Below are positions 1 to 7,876 of a stretch of DNA of 64,000 nucleotides, piece after piece (positions within the stretch are counted from its first letter, which is position 1; every line of letters starts with the position of its first letter). This DNA comes from Escherichia phage vB-Eco-KMB39. The position numbers and the translations under genes were made by a program. The stretch lies in sequence record OR539219.1. One strand, written 5' to 3'. The notes beneath the pieces are model-generated. The model saw nothing but the letters and a program-made list of their open reading frames with translations, was not told the origin of the DNA and did no database searches.

Positions 1-502
1 CATCAATAATAGTCAAGATATTCCTTTTATTAAGAATACGCTTATTTTCATATTCTGTTTCAGAGTCAACTATAAGAGTAAAGAAATATTTCTTTCCCTG
101 AAATTTTACCGTAGTATCAATATAGAACAAATTTGACTTTTGTAAATTACGTTTAAACCATGCGTCACTTAAACTATAAACGCCAAGATAATCATAATCG
201 TCATTTAAATAACAAACTGTCCATTCAGGAGAAATGAAATCAGTAAATTCAACATCAAAATCACACGTCAATGAATGAATTGATTCAATACTGTTAATGA
301 GTATTCCAGGACGTATTAAAGACTTTTTACCTCTAGAAAATCTTCCAGAAAGACTTTCATCAGTTTCATATGAAGACCCCCAATAGTAATTACGTCCTTC
401 TGCCATACGTTTAAGAGCATTTAATAATTGGTCTGGAACATCAACTCGTCTTTGGAACTCTTCAAACATTGAATTGAAATCACTTTGCATTTTCATTTTC
501 AT
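1..502 (-). CDS. hypothetical protein, N-terminal part only (gene runs off the window start)
   Basis: Minus-strand frame open from the ATGAAAATGAAAATG cluster at 488-502 (GGAG upstream) to position 1, hand-translated with no stop seen; absent from ORF track because no stop lies in the window. Confidence 0.4.
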   Translation of the reverse strand, partial: MKMKMQSDFNSMFEEFQRRVDVPDQLLNALKRMAEGRNYYWGSSYETDESLSGRFSRGKKSLIRPGILINSIESIHSLTCDFDVEFTDFISPEWTVCYLNDDYDYLGVYSLSDAWFKRNLQKSNLFYIDTTVKFQGKKYFFTLIVDSETEYENKRILNKRNILTIID

Positions 503-522
503 TCCTATTTACTCCAAATATA

Positions 523-538
523 AGGGGCCGAAGCCCCT
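523..538 (-). terminator. GC-rich tetraloop hairpin (GGGGC-CGAA-GCCCC type) downstream of the 544..1137 gene
   Basis: Inverted repeat aggggccgaagcccct read directly; member of a hairpin family recurring at gene ends in this window. Confidence 0.35.
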
Positions 539-543
539 TATCA

Positions 544-1137
544 TTATTTCAGAGAATTAATGTATTCCTGAACATCGGCAGAGGTAGTTTCAACCCCGGA
601 AATATTACCGTTAAAGGTTTCAACTCGAGCAAGAGTATCTTCAATATCAACCTTAGTTAGCGCTGCGATTTCAACTACATCATCAGCAGTACTAATTCCA
701 AGGGCATTTGCCGCACGAGTTTCACGGATATATTCCAATTTAACTGCAAGTTCTTGGCGAGCATCATCTAACTCAACTACTTTCTTGGCGATTTCAATTC
801 GCATTTCAGCATAACCGTCAGCCTTAGTAGTCAGCTGCTCAGCTGTTCGACGATATAGCAAACCGAGTTTAGCGTGCATTGTTACATCTTGACCTTCGGA
901 AAGAAGTTTACGAATTTCACGCTCTTTTGATTCGGCTTGTCGATTCTTTTCGATAACAAGTTCACGAATACGTTTTTCTTCATTAATAGATTTAACAGAA
1001 GCAGTTTTTAGATCTTTAATTTTATCAAGTAGTTTTGCTGCTGCAGCAGTATACTGTTCTTCAACAGATAAATTTTTAGCCATAGCAGAACCAAGTTTAG
1101 TGCGAATAAACTCAACAATTTTCTTCAGTGTGTTCAT
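544..1137 (-). CDS. hypothetical coiled-coil protein (possible PspA/IM30-like fold, unverified)
   Basis: 197-aa ORF, AAGGAAA RBS before ATG at 1137; charged heptad-rich sequence; resemblance to PspA family is by eye only. Confidence 0.6.
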   Translation of the reverse strand: MNTLKKIVEFIRTKLGSAMAKNLSVEEQYTAAAAKLLDKIKDLKTASVKSINEEKRIRELVIEKNRQAESKEREIRKLLSEGQDVTMHAKLGLLYRRTAEQLTTKADGYAEMRIEIAKKVVELDDARQELAVKLEYIRETRAANALGISTADDVVEIAALTKVDIEDTLARVETFNGNISGVETTSADVQEYINSLK

Positions 1138-1180
1138 AGTATTTCCTTAGGTTGATTAAAAATTAAAATCTGTGAAAGAA

Positions 1181-1711
1181 TTATATCATGCTATTTAAGA
1201 GATGTAAACTATTTTTAATTTTACAAATTCGTTCAGCTTCTTCAACAGCGGCGGCGATAATGCTTTTAGCTATAGGAGTACTAATACTAGTAGCTTTTAC
1301 ACTTAACACGATTTCTTTATCTTTACCAGGCCAACCCCACGATTTTTCACTGTGAGTGCCTTTAATTACAGCAGACACCTCAAGTGAGCATCCATTATCA
1401 TATGTTTTTACATTGACAACCCAAGGTTCACTTTTCTCAATCGGTTTCTCAATCGGTTTATCCCAGTAAATATTAAGAATACGTGGGACATCAAATTTGG
1501 CAGGACAAATCTTAACCGTAAGACCTTCGCTTTCTAGCCAATTAATAAGAGGGCGTTCATACAGGCGACGATGTGGGCTTGGGATTCGACAAGCCTTATG
1601 TCCGTTGCTTGCGGCTTCACTAAGCTGTTCTAATACCTGCTTTTGCATTATTGATAAGATACCATCAAAAGATTTTTCGGAAGTTTCATTCAGTTCGGTA
1701 TAAAGAGACAT
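1181..1711 (-). CDS. hypothetical protein
   Basis: 176-aa ORF starting MSLYTEL, GAGGAAA RBS upstream, early-promoter-like motif immediately upstream. Confidence 0.6.
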   Translation of the reverse strand: MSLYTELNETSEKSFDGILSIMQKQVLEQLSEAASNGHKACRIPSPHRRLYERPLINWLESEGLTVKICPAKFDVPRILNIYWDKPIEKPIEKSEPWVVNVKTYDNGCSLEVSAVIKGTHSEKSWGWPGKDKEIVLSVKATSISTPIAKSIIAAAVEEAERICKIKNSLHLLNSMI

Positions 1712-1736
1712 AACAGTTTCCTCAAATTATAGGCTC

Positions 1737-1766
1737 ATAATATCTCAATCATGAGCCTATGTAAAC
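1737..1766 (-). promoter_or_regulatory. T4-early-type promoter candidate (GTTTAC-N18-TATTAT) for the 1181..1711 gene
   Basis: Minus strand GTTTAC (plus 1761-1766) and TATTAT (plus 1737-1742); a 10-bp inverted repeat ataggctcat/atgagcctat sits in the spacer. Confidence 0.35.
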
Positions 1767-2030
1767 TTATTTCATATTATTAAAATATTCTTCTGCGATT
1801 TCGTCGTTATCATGGTAAACTTTAGAAGACAGTTTAACATAACCTTCAGCAATGAACATGTTAATCACAACCTTTACAGTATACCACTGACCATCTTCAT
1901 TACCCATTACTGCGTAAGTTTCAAACATCGGATGATCAGGACCGATAACTTTAATATCATTCACTGTACGACCGAAATCTTCTGAAACGCATTTCATAAA
2001 GAAGTTGAACAGTTCGCCGTAATTATCCAT
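1767..2030 (-). CDS. hypothetical small protein
   Basis: ORF track gives 1767..2084; start moved to ATG at 2030 (MDNYGELF, GGAGA RBS) because the 2084 ATG lies inside the predicted promoter spacer. Confidence 0.5.
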   Translation of the reverse strand: MDNYGELFNFFMKCVSEDFGRTVNDIKVIGPDHPMFETYAVMGNEDGQWYTVKVVINMFIAEGYVKLSSKVYHDNDEIAEEYFNNMK

Positions 2031-2074
2031 TTCATTCTCCAAGTTGTTTTTCTGTATCAGTAGTTGATAGTTGT

Positions 2075-2104
2075 ATAGTACCATGGAAGAACGGGGATGT
2101 AAAC
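2075..2104 (-). promoter_or_regulatory. T4-early-type promoter candidate (GTTTAC-N18-TACTAT)
   Basis: Minus strand GTTTAC (plus 2099-2104), TACTAT (plus 2075-2080), A/T-rich upstream tract; shares leader motif TATCAACTACTGA with the 6039..6068 copy. Confidence 0.4.
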
Positions 2105-2236
2105 CGTTTTGTGAAAAAATTTTTAAAAAGTTTTAGGGAATTCTAGGGCAGGGATGGGCAATTAAAGGATAGGATAATATATTATAAAGGGTATAAACTA
2201 AATGATGCCTAGAGAGGTCCAGAAAGGCCTAGATAT

Positions 2237-2265
2237 CAAAAAGCCCCAACCTTTCGGTCGGGGCT
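2237..2265 (-). terminator. intrinsic terminator: 10-bp stem, GAAA loop, T-run
   Basis: Minus strand AGCCCCGACC-GAAA-GGTTGGGGCT followed by TTTTT, just downstream of the 2272..2745 gene. Confidence 0.55.
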
Positions 2266-2271
2266 AAAATG

Positions 2272-2745
2272 TTATTTGATTTGTTTAGCAGACCAAATGC
2301 GGTCTTTGATGATTTTTTGGATGTCTTCAACATACTCAAGAGAGTGAGCATGTGGGTTATCTTTGAAACTATAAGCACGAGCTAGCTTTTGGCCTTCGGT
2401 TTTGATTACTAAAAGCTCTTTAAGGATAGCTTCATATTTGGAGATAATTCCTTTAACAATATTTTTCTCTTGTGCGACTTTAGGATCTGCTTTAGGAGCA
2501 GGTTTACCCGAAGCCTTTGCAAAAGCAGCGCCAGTAGCAACTAAACTTTTCCAGGCCATACTAACCGCATTTCCTGTAAATCCTTCTGCTTTCATGTCGC
2601 GAGCAAATTGGAATCGCGATTCGTCAGAAGCATCTTTATAAGAATATTTACCCGCTGCAATGGCTGCTTTTGCGACAGCTTGAATTTCGGTGCTAGATGC
2701 TTCATTTAACACCGCTTCATTTAAAAATTGAGTATATGATTTCAT
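2272..2745 (-). CDS. phage internal protein (head-packaged) with capsid-targeting N-terminus
   Basis: ORF track 2272..2922 trimmed to ATG 2745 (AGGAAA RBS); N-terminus MKSYTQFLNE-AVLNE has the MK(T/S)(Y/F)xxF motif and L-x-E prohead-protease sites; basic Ala/Lys-rich body. Confidence 0.6.
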   Translation of the reverse strand: MKSYTQFLNEAVLNEASSTEIQAVAKAAIAAGKYSYKDASDESRFQFARDMKAEGFTGNAVSMAWKSLVATGAAFAKASGKPAPKADPKVAQEKNIVKGIISKYEAILKELLVIKTEGQKLARAYSFKDNPHAHSLEYVEDIQKIIKDRIWSAKQIK

Positions 2746-2783
2746 CTTATTTCCTGTTTTAATTCGTGGATTTAATATACTAA

Positions 2784-2791
2784 TATTTATA
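2784..2791 (-). promoter_or_regulatory. late promoter TATAAATA
   Basis: Exact TATAAATA on minus strand 39 nt upstream of the internal-protein ATG. Confidence 0.45.
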
Positions 2792-2793
2792 CT

Positions 2794-2822
2794 AAAAAGC
2801 CCCAACCTTTCGGTCGGGGCTA
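2794..2822 (-). terminator. intrinsic terminator, identical copy of the 2237..2265 hairpin
   Basis: Same 24-nt AGCCCCGACC-GAAA-GGTTGGGGCT plus T-run; lies at the 3' end of the tRNA/stable-RNA transcription unit. Confidence 0.55.
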
Positions 2823-2829
2823 AGCCTTG

Positions 2830-3137
2830 CGGCAACCTTGTCGGGGTTCCACCTGCTAAGGCAAGTGTTTGTACGAAACGCCGGGATTCGAACCCGGTTA
2901 TTAAGTAGTTGACGCTACTCAATATTTTTAAAAGGCCATATCTCGACCATATCCGAACGTTCCGTCAAAAACGCTACTCGGCTTATGGCAAAGATATTTC
3001 CTCGAATCGATAATTCGGTGCGCCGTTTCTGCTGTGATATAAGGGGACATTAACAAAACATAAAGATTTATTAATGCCAGTCCTTAAACAGGGAACATCA
3101 GTCCGACGACTTGCCGGTAGCGACCCGGCTTCTTGTC
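2830..3137 (-). ncRNA. candidate small stable RNA(s), tRNA-like 3' module
   Basis: No ORF; minus strand contains CCGGG-TTCGAAT-CCCGG (T-arm-like) with pairing CGGAACG/CGTTTCG but no CCA and no standard cloverleaf; position recalls T4 species 1/2 RNAs (memory only). Confidence 0.25.
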
Positions 3138-3215
3138 TGGTCGAGGCAGTAGGGATCGAACCTACGACCCAGGACTTAGAAGGTCCTTGCTCTTCCTTCT
3201 GAGCTATGCCTCGTA
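3138..3215 (-). tRNA. tRNA-Arg (anticodon TCT)
   Basis: Hand-folded cloverleaf: acceptor CGAGGCA/TGCCTCG, anticodon loop CTTCTAA, T-arm GTAGG-TTCGATC-CCTAC, encoded CCA. Confidence 0.75.
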
Positions 3216-3217
3216 TT

Positions 3218-3292
3218 TGGCGGACGTGATAGGATTCGAACCTATAACCAATCGCTTAACAGGCGATCGCTCTGCCATTGAGCTACACATCC
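3218..3292 (-). tRNA. tRNA-Asn (anticodon GTT)
   Basis: Acceptor GGATGTG/CACGTCC, anticodon stem ATCGC/GCGAT, loop CTGTTAA, T-arm TAGG-TTCGAAT-CCTA, encoded CCA. Confidence 0.7.
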
Positions 3293-3296
3293 AAAT

Positions 3297-3383
3297 TGGT
3301 GGGGAGTGGTGGAGTCGAACCACCCGAGTCGCAATGACAATGAATTTACAGTCCACACCGCTACCCCTACGGGATAACTCCCC
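3297..3383 (-). tRNA. tRNA-Tyr (anticodon GTA), type II with long variable arm
   Basis: 87 nt; acceptor GGGGAGT/ACTCCCC, anticodon loop CTGTAAA, variable arm GTC-ATTGC-GAC, T-arm GGTGG-TTCGACT-CCACC, CCA; anticodon stem needs two G-U pairs. Confidence 0.55.
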
Positions 3384-3392
3384 AAATTAATT

Positions 3393-3467
3393 TGGTGGCC
3401 CTGGGTGGAATTGAACCACCATCTGGCGATTATGAGTCGCTTGCTTGAACCTTCCAGCTACAGGGCC
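3393..3467 (-). tRNA. tRNA with CAT anticodon (Ile-lysidine or Met)
   Basis: Acceptor GGCCCTG/CAGGGCC, anticodon loop CTCATAA, T-arm GGTGG-TTCAATT-CCACC, encoded CCA. Confidence 0.7.
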
Positions 3468-3468
3468 T

Positions 3469-3545
3469 TGGTGCTGATTGACGGAATCGAACCGCCGACA
3501 TCCTCATTACAAGTGAGGTGCTCTACCTACTGAGCTAAATCAGCA
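3469..3545 (-). tRNA. tRNA-Thr (anticodon TGT)
   Basis: Acceptor TGCTGAT/ATCAGCA, anticodon stem CCTCA/TGAGG, loop CTTGTAA, T-arm GGCGG-TTCGATT-CCGTC, CCA. Confidence 0.8.
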
Positions 3546-3549
3546 AAAC

Positions 3550-3639
3550 TGGCGGAGGCGATAGGATTTGAACCTATGAGTCGCCGGAGCGACTGCCGGT
3601 TTTCAAGACCGGTGCATTCAACCACTCTGCCACGCCTCC
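3550..3639 (-). tRNA. tRNA-Ser (anticodon TGA), type II
   Basis: 90 nt; acceptor GGAGGCG/CGCCTCC, anticodon stem CCGGT/ACCGG, loop CTTGAAA, long variable arm, T-arm TAGG-TTCAAAT-CCTA, CCA. Confidence 0.8.
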
Positions 3640-3642
3640 AAA

Positions 3643-3658
3643 TATTTATATATTTATA
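3643..3658 (-). promoter_or_regulatory. two tandem TATAAATA late-promoter motifs just upstream of tRNA-Ser
   Basis: Plus-strand tatttata at 3643-3650 and 3651-3658 (TATAAATA on minus), between segB stop and tRNA-Ser 5' end; very close to the tRNA 5' end, so function uncertain. Confidence 0.3.
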
Positions 3659-4262
3659 TATTGTTAATTTGATTTAGAATTCTTTTTGCTTGAGTATGAC
3701 TTACGCCAATATGCTTAGCATATTTAGATAATTCGCCGCGTTTAGAAAAATCATATAATTTAGAAATTTCTATTCTTCTTTTTCTTTCATCCGCAGAAAC
3801 TTTTGCTTCGTTTGCTTTTGCTATTTTACGTTTAGCTTCTTGAGAATGAGTTTTACCAGCAAAGCCATTCTTCATTAATCCATTTGAAGACCATCCTTTT
3901 AATTTTCCGTTAGAATGTGCCTTTTTAACACCCAATGAAATTAATTCGCGTTGCTGATCTGTCATAGGATAATTATTTATATGATCCCATCCACCTTCAC
4001 CTCCAAGTTTTAAATTATACACATCTGGTCTATTTAAAAACTCTTCTGTGACAATATTTTTCTCGGCTTCAAGCATAGATTCTTTATCATCAAAATACTC
4101 TAATATTTCTTTAGAAAAATTTTCTATACCATATTTATCTTGGGCTCTTTTTAATAATTTACCAGAACCCATATATCCATCATCTAAATTTTCGGTAGAA
4201 TGCACACCAATATAAATTTTATTATTAATTTTATTTGTTATTTTATAAAGATAAAAATGCAT
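3654..4262 (-). CDS. segB: GIY-YIG homing endonuclease embedded in the tRNA cluster
   Basis: GIY-YIG motifs FYLYKITNKINNKIYIG and YMGSG; start moved from 4304 to ATG 4262 to avoid overlapping tRNA-Gly; segB-like position by memory of T4. Confidence 0.75.
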   Translation of the reverse strand: MHFYLYKITNKINNKIYIGVHSTENLDDGYMGSGKLLKRAQDKYGIENFSKEILEYFDDKESMLEAEKNIVTEEFLNRPDVYNLKLGGEGGWDHINNYPMTDQQRELISLGVKKAHSNGKLKGWSSNGLMKNGFAGKTHSQEAKRKIAKANEAKVSADERKRRIEISKLYDFSKRGELSKYAKHIGVSHTQAKRILNQINNI

Positions 4263-4308
4263 ATCAGTCCCTAATAAAGAACTGAGCGTCTCACGACGAG
4301 TCATAAAT

Positions 4309-4382
<74 letters not shown>

Positions 4383-4387
4383 AAATT

Positions 4388-4474
4388 TGGTGCGAGAAGT
4401 GGGACTCGAACCCACAAGGAAATAATTCCGCAGCATTTTAAGTGCTGTGCCTTTACCAATTTGACCATTCTCGC
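4388..4474 (-). tRNA. tRNA-Leu (anticodon TAA), type II
   Basis: 87 nt; anticodon loop CTTAAAA, long variable arm, T-arm GTGGG-TTCGAGT-CCCAC, CCA; matches my recollection of T4 tRNA-Leu. Confidence 0.85.
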
Positions 4475-4475
4475 G

Positions 4476-4548
4476 CTGGGAATAAAGGACTCGAACCTTT
4501 GCATCCTGGAATCAAAATCCAGTGCCTTACCAACTTGGCTAATTCCCA
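4476..4548 (-). tRNA. tRNA-Gln (anticodon TTG), CCA not encoded, 1-nt spacer to tRNA-Leu
   Basis: Acceptor TGGGAAT/ATTCCCA plus discriminator G, anticodon stem CTGGA/TCCAG, loop TTTTGAT, T-arm AAAGG-TTCGAGT-CCTTT. Confidence 0.8.
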
Positions 4549-4634
4549 ATTATTAACAAAGGCTCTTTAGCAAGAACCCTTGATGATAGAGGGTATTAAT
4601 CAGTGCGGTATGAGTTAATAATAACAAATAATTC

Positions 4635-5150
4635 TTAAAGCAAATTAATCATTTTAACGGTCGGCAAAACAATTTCTTCTTCAATATAAGCGAATTCGAC
4701 GCTTTCAACTACACGTAGGAAATCATAGTCATAGTATTCAGAAGCATGACCAAGAATATCAATGAGGCCTTCAGATATCTTATTACCATTCACAAAGAAT
4801 AAGTCAAATACACGTTCTTCGTCTTCTTCGGATTTATTACCAAGGTCAACTTCTATATCAAAGACCTTTTTAATGAATTCTGGATAAAGCTGGTCTGAGA
4901 ACAGTCCTTCAACCAAGTATTCATAAATAAAAAGCGATTGCTCGCTGAACAAGCCATTACCACAATAACGTTCAGCTTTAGTACTAGAATGTCTACTTTT
5001 AAACTTCTTTAAAAGATATTGAAATTGTAAGATTTCATGCTCTTCTACGCCAAACAGTGTTTTAGTTTTATAGTTGTCACCATCATTTTCCCATGTAGTT
5101 ACATCAATCACATAACCCTGCGGAATTGTAGTACCTAAACAAACATTCAT
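4635..5150 (-). CDS. hypothetical strongly acidic protein
   Basis: 171-aa ORF; about one residue in five is D or E; start overlaps the stop of the upstream gene. Confidence 0.6.
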   Translation of the reverse strand: MNVCLGTTIPQGYVIDVTTWENDGDNYKTKTLFGVEEHEILQFQYLLKKFKSRHSSTKAERYCGNGLFSEQSLFIYEYLVEGLFSDQLYPEFIKKVFDIEVDLGNKSEEDEERVFDLFFVNGNKISEGLIDILGHASEYYDYDFLRVVESVEFAYIEEEIVLPTVKMINLL

Positions 5151-5440
5151 TTGCTCACCATATTAATGTAAGTATATTCAATACATTCAAGACCCAAAGG
5201 ATTCTTGAAAATATCATATTCAAGAGGACCTTTTTCCGTTTCAATAAAGAAATCAAAATTTACTGTATTAAATTTACGGTCTTCCTTCACTAATTTAACC
5301 TGAGAAGATGAACGGTCAATGTAAACCTTTTCAACTTCAAAACACGTTAAAATGCCATAATCATCAATCAAGGCTTTAGCTGCTTCTTGATCATATTTAT
5401 ATCCATTTTCAACGGACGATACTTTAGCATAAAGAATCAT
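5147..5440 (-). CDS. hypothetical protein
   Basis: 97-aa ORF tightly packed in the same minus-strand operon. Confidence 0.55.
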   Translation of the reverse strand: MILYAKVSSVENGYKYDQEAAKALIDDYGILTCFEVEKVYIDRSSSQVKLVKEDRKFNTVNFDFFIETEKGPLEYDIFKNPLGLECIEYTYINMVSK

Positions 5441-5442
5441 TA

Positions 5443-5832
5443 TCAGCCTTCATCAACAATAGTATGAGTGTGAGCATTTACAATTTGCCACCAATCAAAG
5501 CGATTAGAACCATACATCGGTTTGTTTTCATTTTCTTTGATAATATCACGGAGTTCATCTTCGGTAGCGGCTTTCGCGATTAAATCAGCATATCCACCAC
5601 GAGGATAATAATTATCACCTGCAAAAAGTAAAAAGTTTGGTTTAATGTTATTGAACTCTTCAAGAGTAATAACTTTTCCTGACGGTTGAACAATCTCTAC
5701 ATATTTATATCCCAATTTTTGAGCAGCATCTACTGCTTCAAGCAAAGTATCATGAGCCCATCCAATTTGACAACCTGGCTTTTCAGATGGATTAGCCTGA
5801 TAATCCGCATACACTTTATACATTCTATTCAC
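5443..5832 (-). CDS. hypothetical protein
   Basis: 129-aa ORF; its start overlaps the upstream small ORF by 8 nt. Confidence 0.55.
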   Translation of the reverse strand: MNRMYKVYADYQANPSEKPGCQIGWAHDTLLEAVDAAQKLGYKYVEIVQPSGKVITLEEFNNIKPNFLLFAGDNYYPRGGYADLIAKAATEDELRDIIKENENKPMYGSNRFDWWQIVNAHTHTIVDEG

Positions 5833-6010
5833 CTTTAGAAATTTTATCCATAACGATAGCGATTAAACCAATTAAAAATGCTACTACAAGTGAAAAAACG
5901 TTTTCTGCTGTAGTCAATAATCCGCATATAAATCCAACAAACATTGAAAAACTAAAAGCAGAAGCAGAAATTGCAATAGCAACATTTCGAATTAATTCAC
6001 AACGTTTCAT
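5825..6010 (-). CDS. small hydrophobic (likely membrane) protein
   Basis: 61 aa with two hydrophobic stretches; GAGGAG RBS and early-type promoter directly upstream. Confidence 0.5.
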   Translation of the reverse strand: MKRCELIRNVAIAISASAFSFSMFVGFICGLLTTAENVFSLVVAFLIGLIAIVMDKISKGE

Positions 6011-6038
6011 TTTATTCTCCTCAGTAGTTGATAGGGTA

Positions 6039-6068
6039 ATAGTATCACAACTAAAACCCTATGTAAAC
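6039..6068 (-). promoter_or_regulatory. T4-early-type promoter candidate (GTTTAC-N18-TACTAT)
   Basis: Minus strand GTTTAC (plus 6063-6068), TACTAT (plus 6039-6044), A/T-rich upstream; overlaps the 3' end of the internal-protein gene. Confidence 0.45.
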
Positions 6069-6080
6069 AACTTTGTGAAA

Positions 6081-6338
6081 TTATTTTAAATCTTCTAATC
6101 GTTTCTTCATCTTAGAACCATTTTTAGCAATTTCTCCTGCATCGGAGCATAACGCTAAAAGTGCTTTAACTTTAGTTTGGTCTCCTTTAAAAGACGAAGG
6201 ATCGACCGCAGCAGCAAGTTCTTTAATACGAGAGAAAAGACGCTCAGCTTCAGCTAAAGCCATTCCAAGCTTTACTTCCATACCGTGGGAAGATTCGGTG
6301 ATAGTAGTTTTTGTAGCAAACTCTTTGAAAGTTTTCAT
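6081..6338 (-). CDS. internal protein (IPI-locus type) with capsid-targeting N-terminus
   Basis: 85 aa; N-terminus MKTFKEFATKTTITE with I-T-E protease site; sits next to 57B as ipI does in T4 (memory). Confidence 0.6.
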   Translation of the reverse strand: MKTFKEFATKTTITESSHGMEVKLGMALAEAERLFSRIKELAAAVDPSSFKGDQTKVKALLALCSDAGEIAKNGSKMKKRLEDLK

Positions 6339-6368
6339 TTTATTTTCCTAATTAATTTTGATGAGGTA

Positions 6369-6398
6369 ATAGTATCACTACCTCATCAGCATGTAAAC
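6369..6398 (-). promoter_or_regulatory. T4-early-type promoter candidate (GTTTAC-N18-TACTAT), near-identical repeat of 6039..6068
   Basis: 33-nt block atgtaaacaactttgtgaaattattttaaatc is identical at 6061-6093 and 6391-6423. Confidence 0.45.
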
Positions 6399-6410
6399 AA
6401 CTTTGTGAAA

Positions 6411-7095
<685 letters not shown>

Positions 7096-7096
<1 letters not shown>

Positions 7097-7821
7097 TATA
7101 GTACCTTTAGTGTATTTTTAATTTTAGAAAAAAGTTCTTCAAGAGAACCATCGTTTGTAATTACTAAATCGCCATCACGAATTGGCAATCCAGCTTCTGT
7201 AATATGTGTATCATTGGATTTTTGACCAGGACGAACTACATGAATTACTGTAGCACCCATCGCCCTAGCCGCATCCATTTCATGATCTTGACGGGTATCA
7301 GGAACGATATAATAATCATAACCTGAGTTAAATTTATCAAGATAATCTAAAGCAAATAATTTTACCCAATACATGCGGTCGAAGTTATTAACAATCAAAT
7401 CCGTACCTAGGGCTTGCATCAGACGACGGACTGACCATTGATCTTCAATATTATTTATAACGTCAATAATCTTGTTAAATGCTACGGAATTAACTGATTC
7501 TTGTCCTTCGTCATCAAAAACAAACACACCTTTAATTGGGCTTTTACCGTTAAGATAGCAAAATGCTTGTTCCATAATCGTGATTACTTCTAATTTAGTC
7601 AGATTTAAATTAGTCTCACGATCATAGTCAATTCCTTCAAACTCTTTACGAGTTAAGCAAGGATAGTCAGTGTTTGCTGCAAATACTCCCCATGCATAAG
7701 CCAATGCATCCTTAATAGGACCAGCAAGTTGGTATTTAACTGCAGAATAATTGCTCATGATAAAATCAGCAGTAGTATCTTTTCCACTACGCTTTACACC
7801 GCTTAAAAAGATTAGTTTCAT
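7096..7821 (-). CDS. 1: deoxynucleoside monophosphate kinase gp1
   Basis: Start set to ATG 7821 (MKLIFLSGVKRSGKDT, P-loop GxxxxGK(S/T)); track ORF begins 13 codons upstream; GAGGAG RBS. Confidence 0.9.
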
Positions 7822-7846
7822 GTGTTTCTCCTCAAATTTAATTAAG

Positions 7847-7876
7847 ATTATAACACACAAAACTGAAGCATTAAAC
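7847..7876 (-). promoter_or_regulatory. middle-type promoter candidate: MotA box TGCTTCA plus extended -10 TGtTATAAT
   Basis: Minus strand GTTTAATGCTTCA-N10-TATAAT; MotA-box-like element 11 nt upstream of the -10 hexamer. Confidence 0.4.

Noticed and set aside
3133-3390. 85-aa plus-strand ORF across the tRNA cluster (also 4308..4556 plus and 4301..4549 minus)
   Set aside because: These frames run through or antisense to well-folded tRNA genes and only exist because tRNA sequence lacks stops; no RBS
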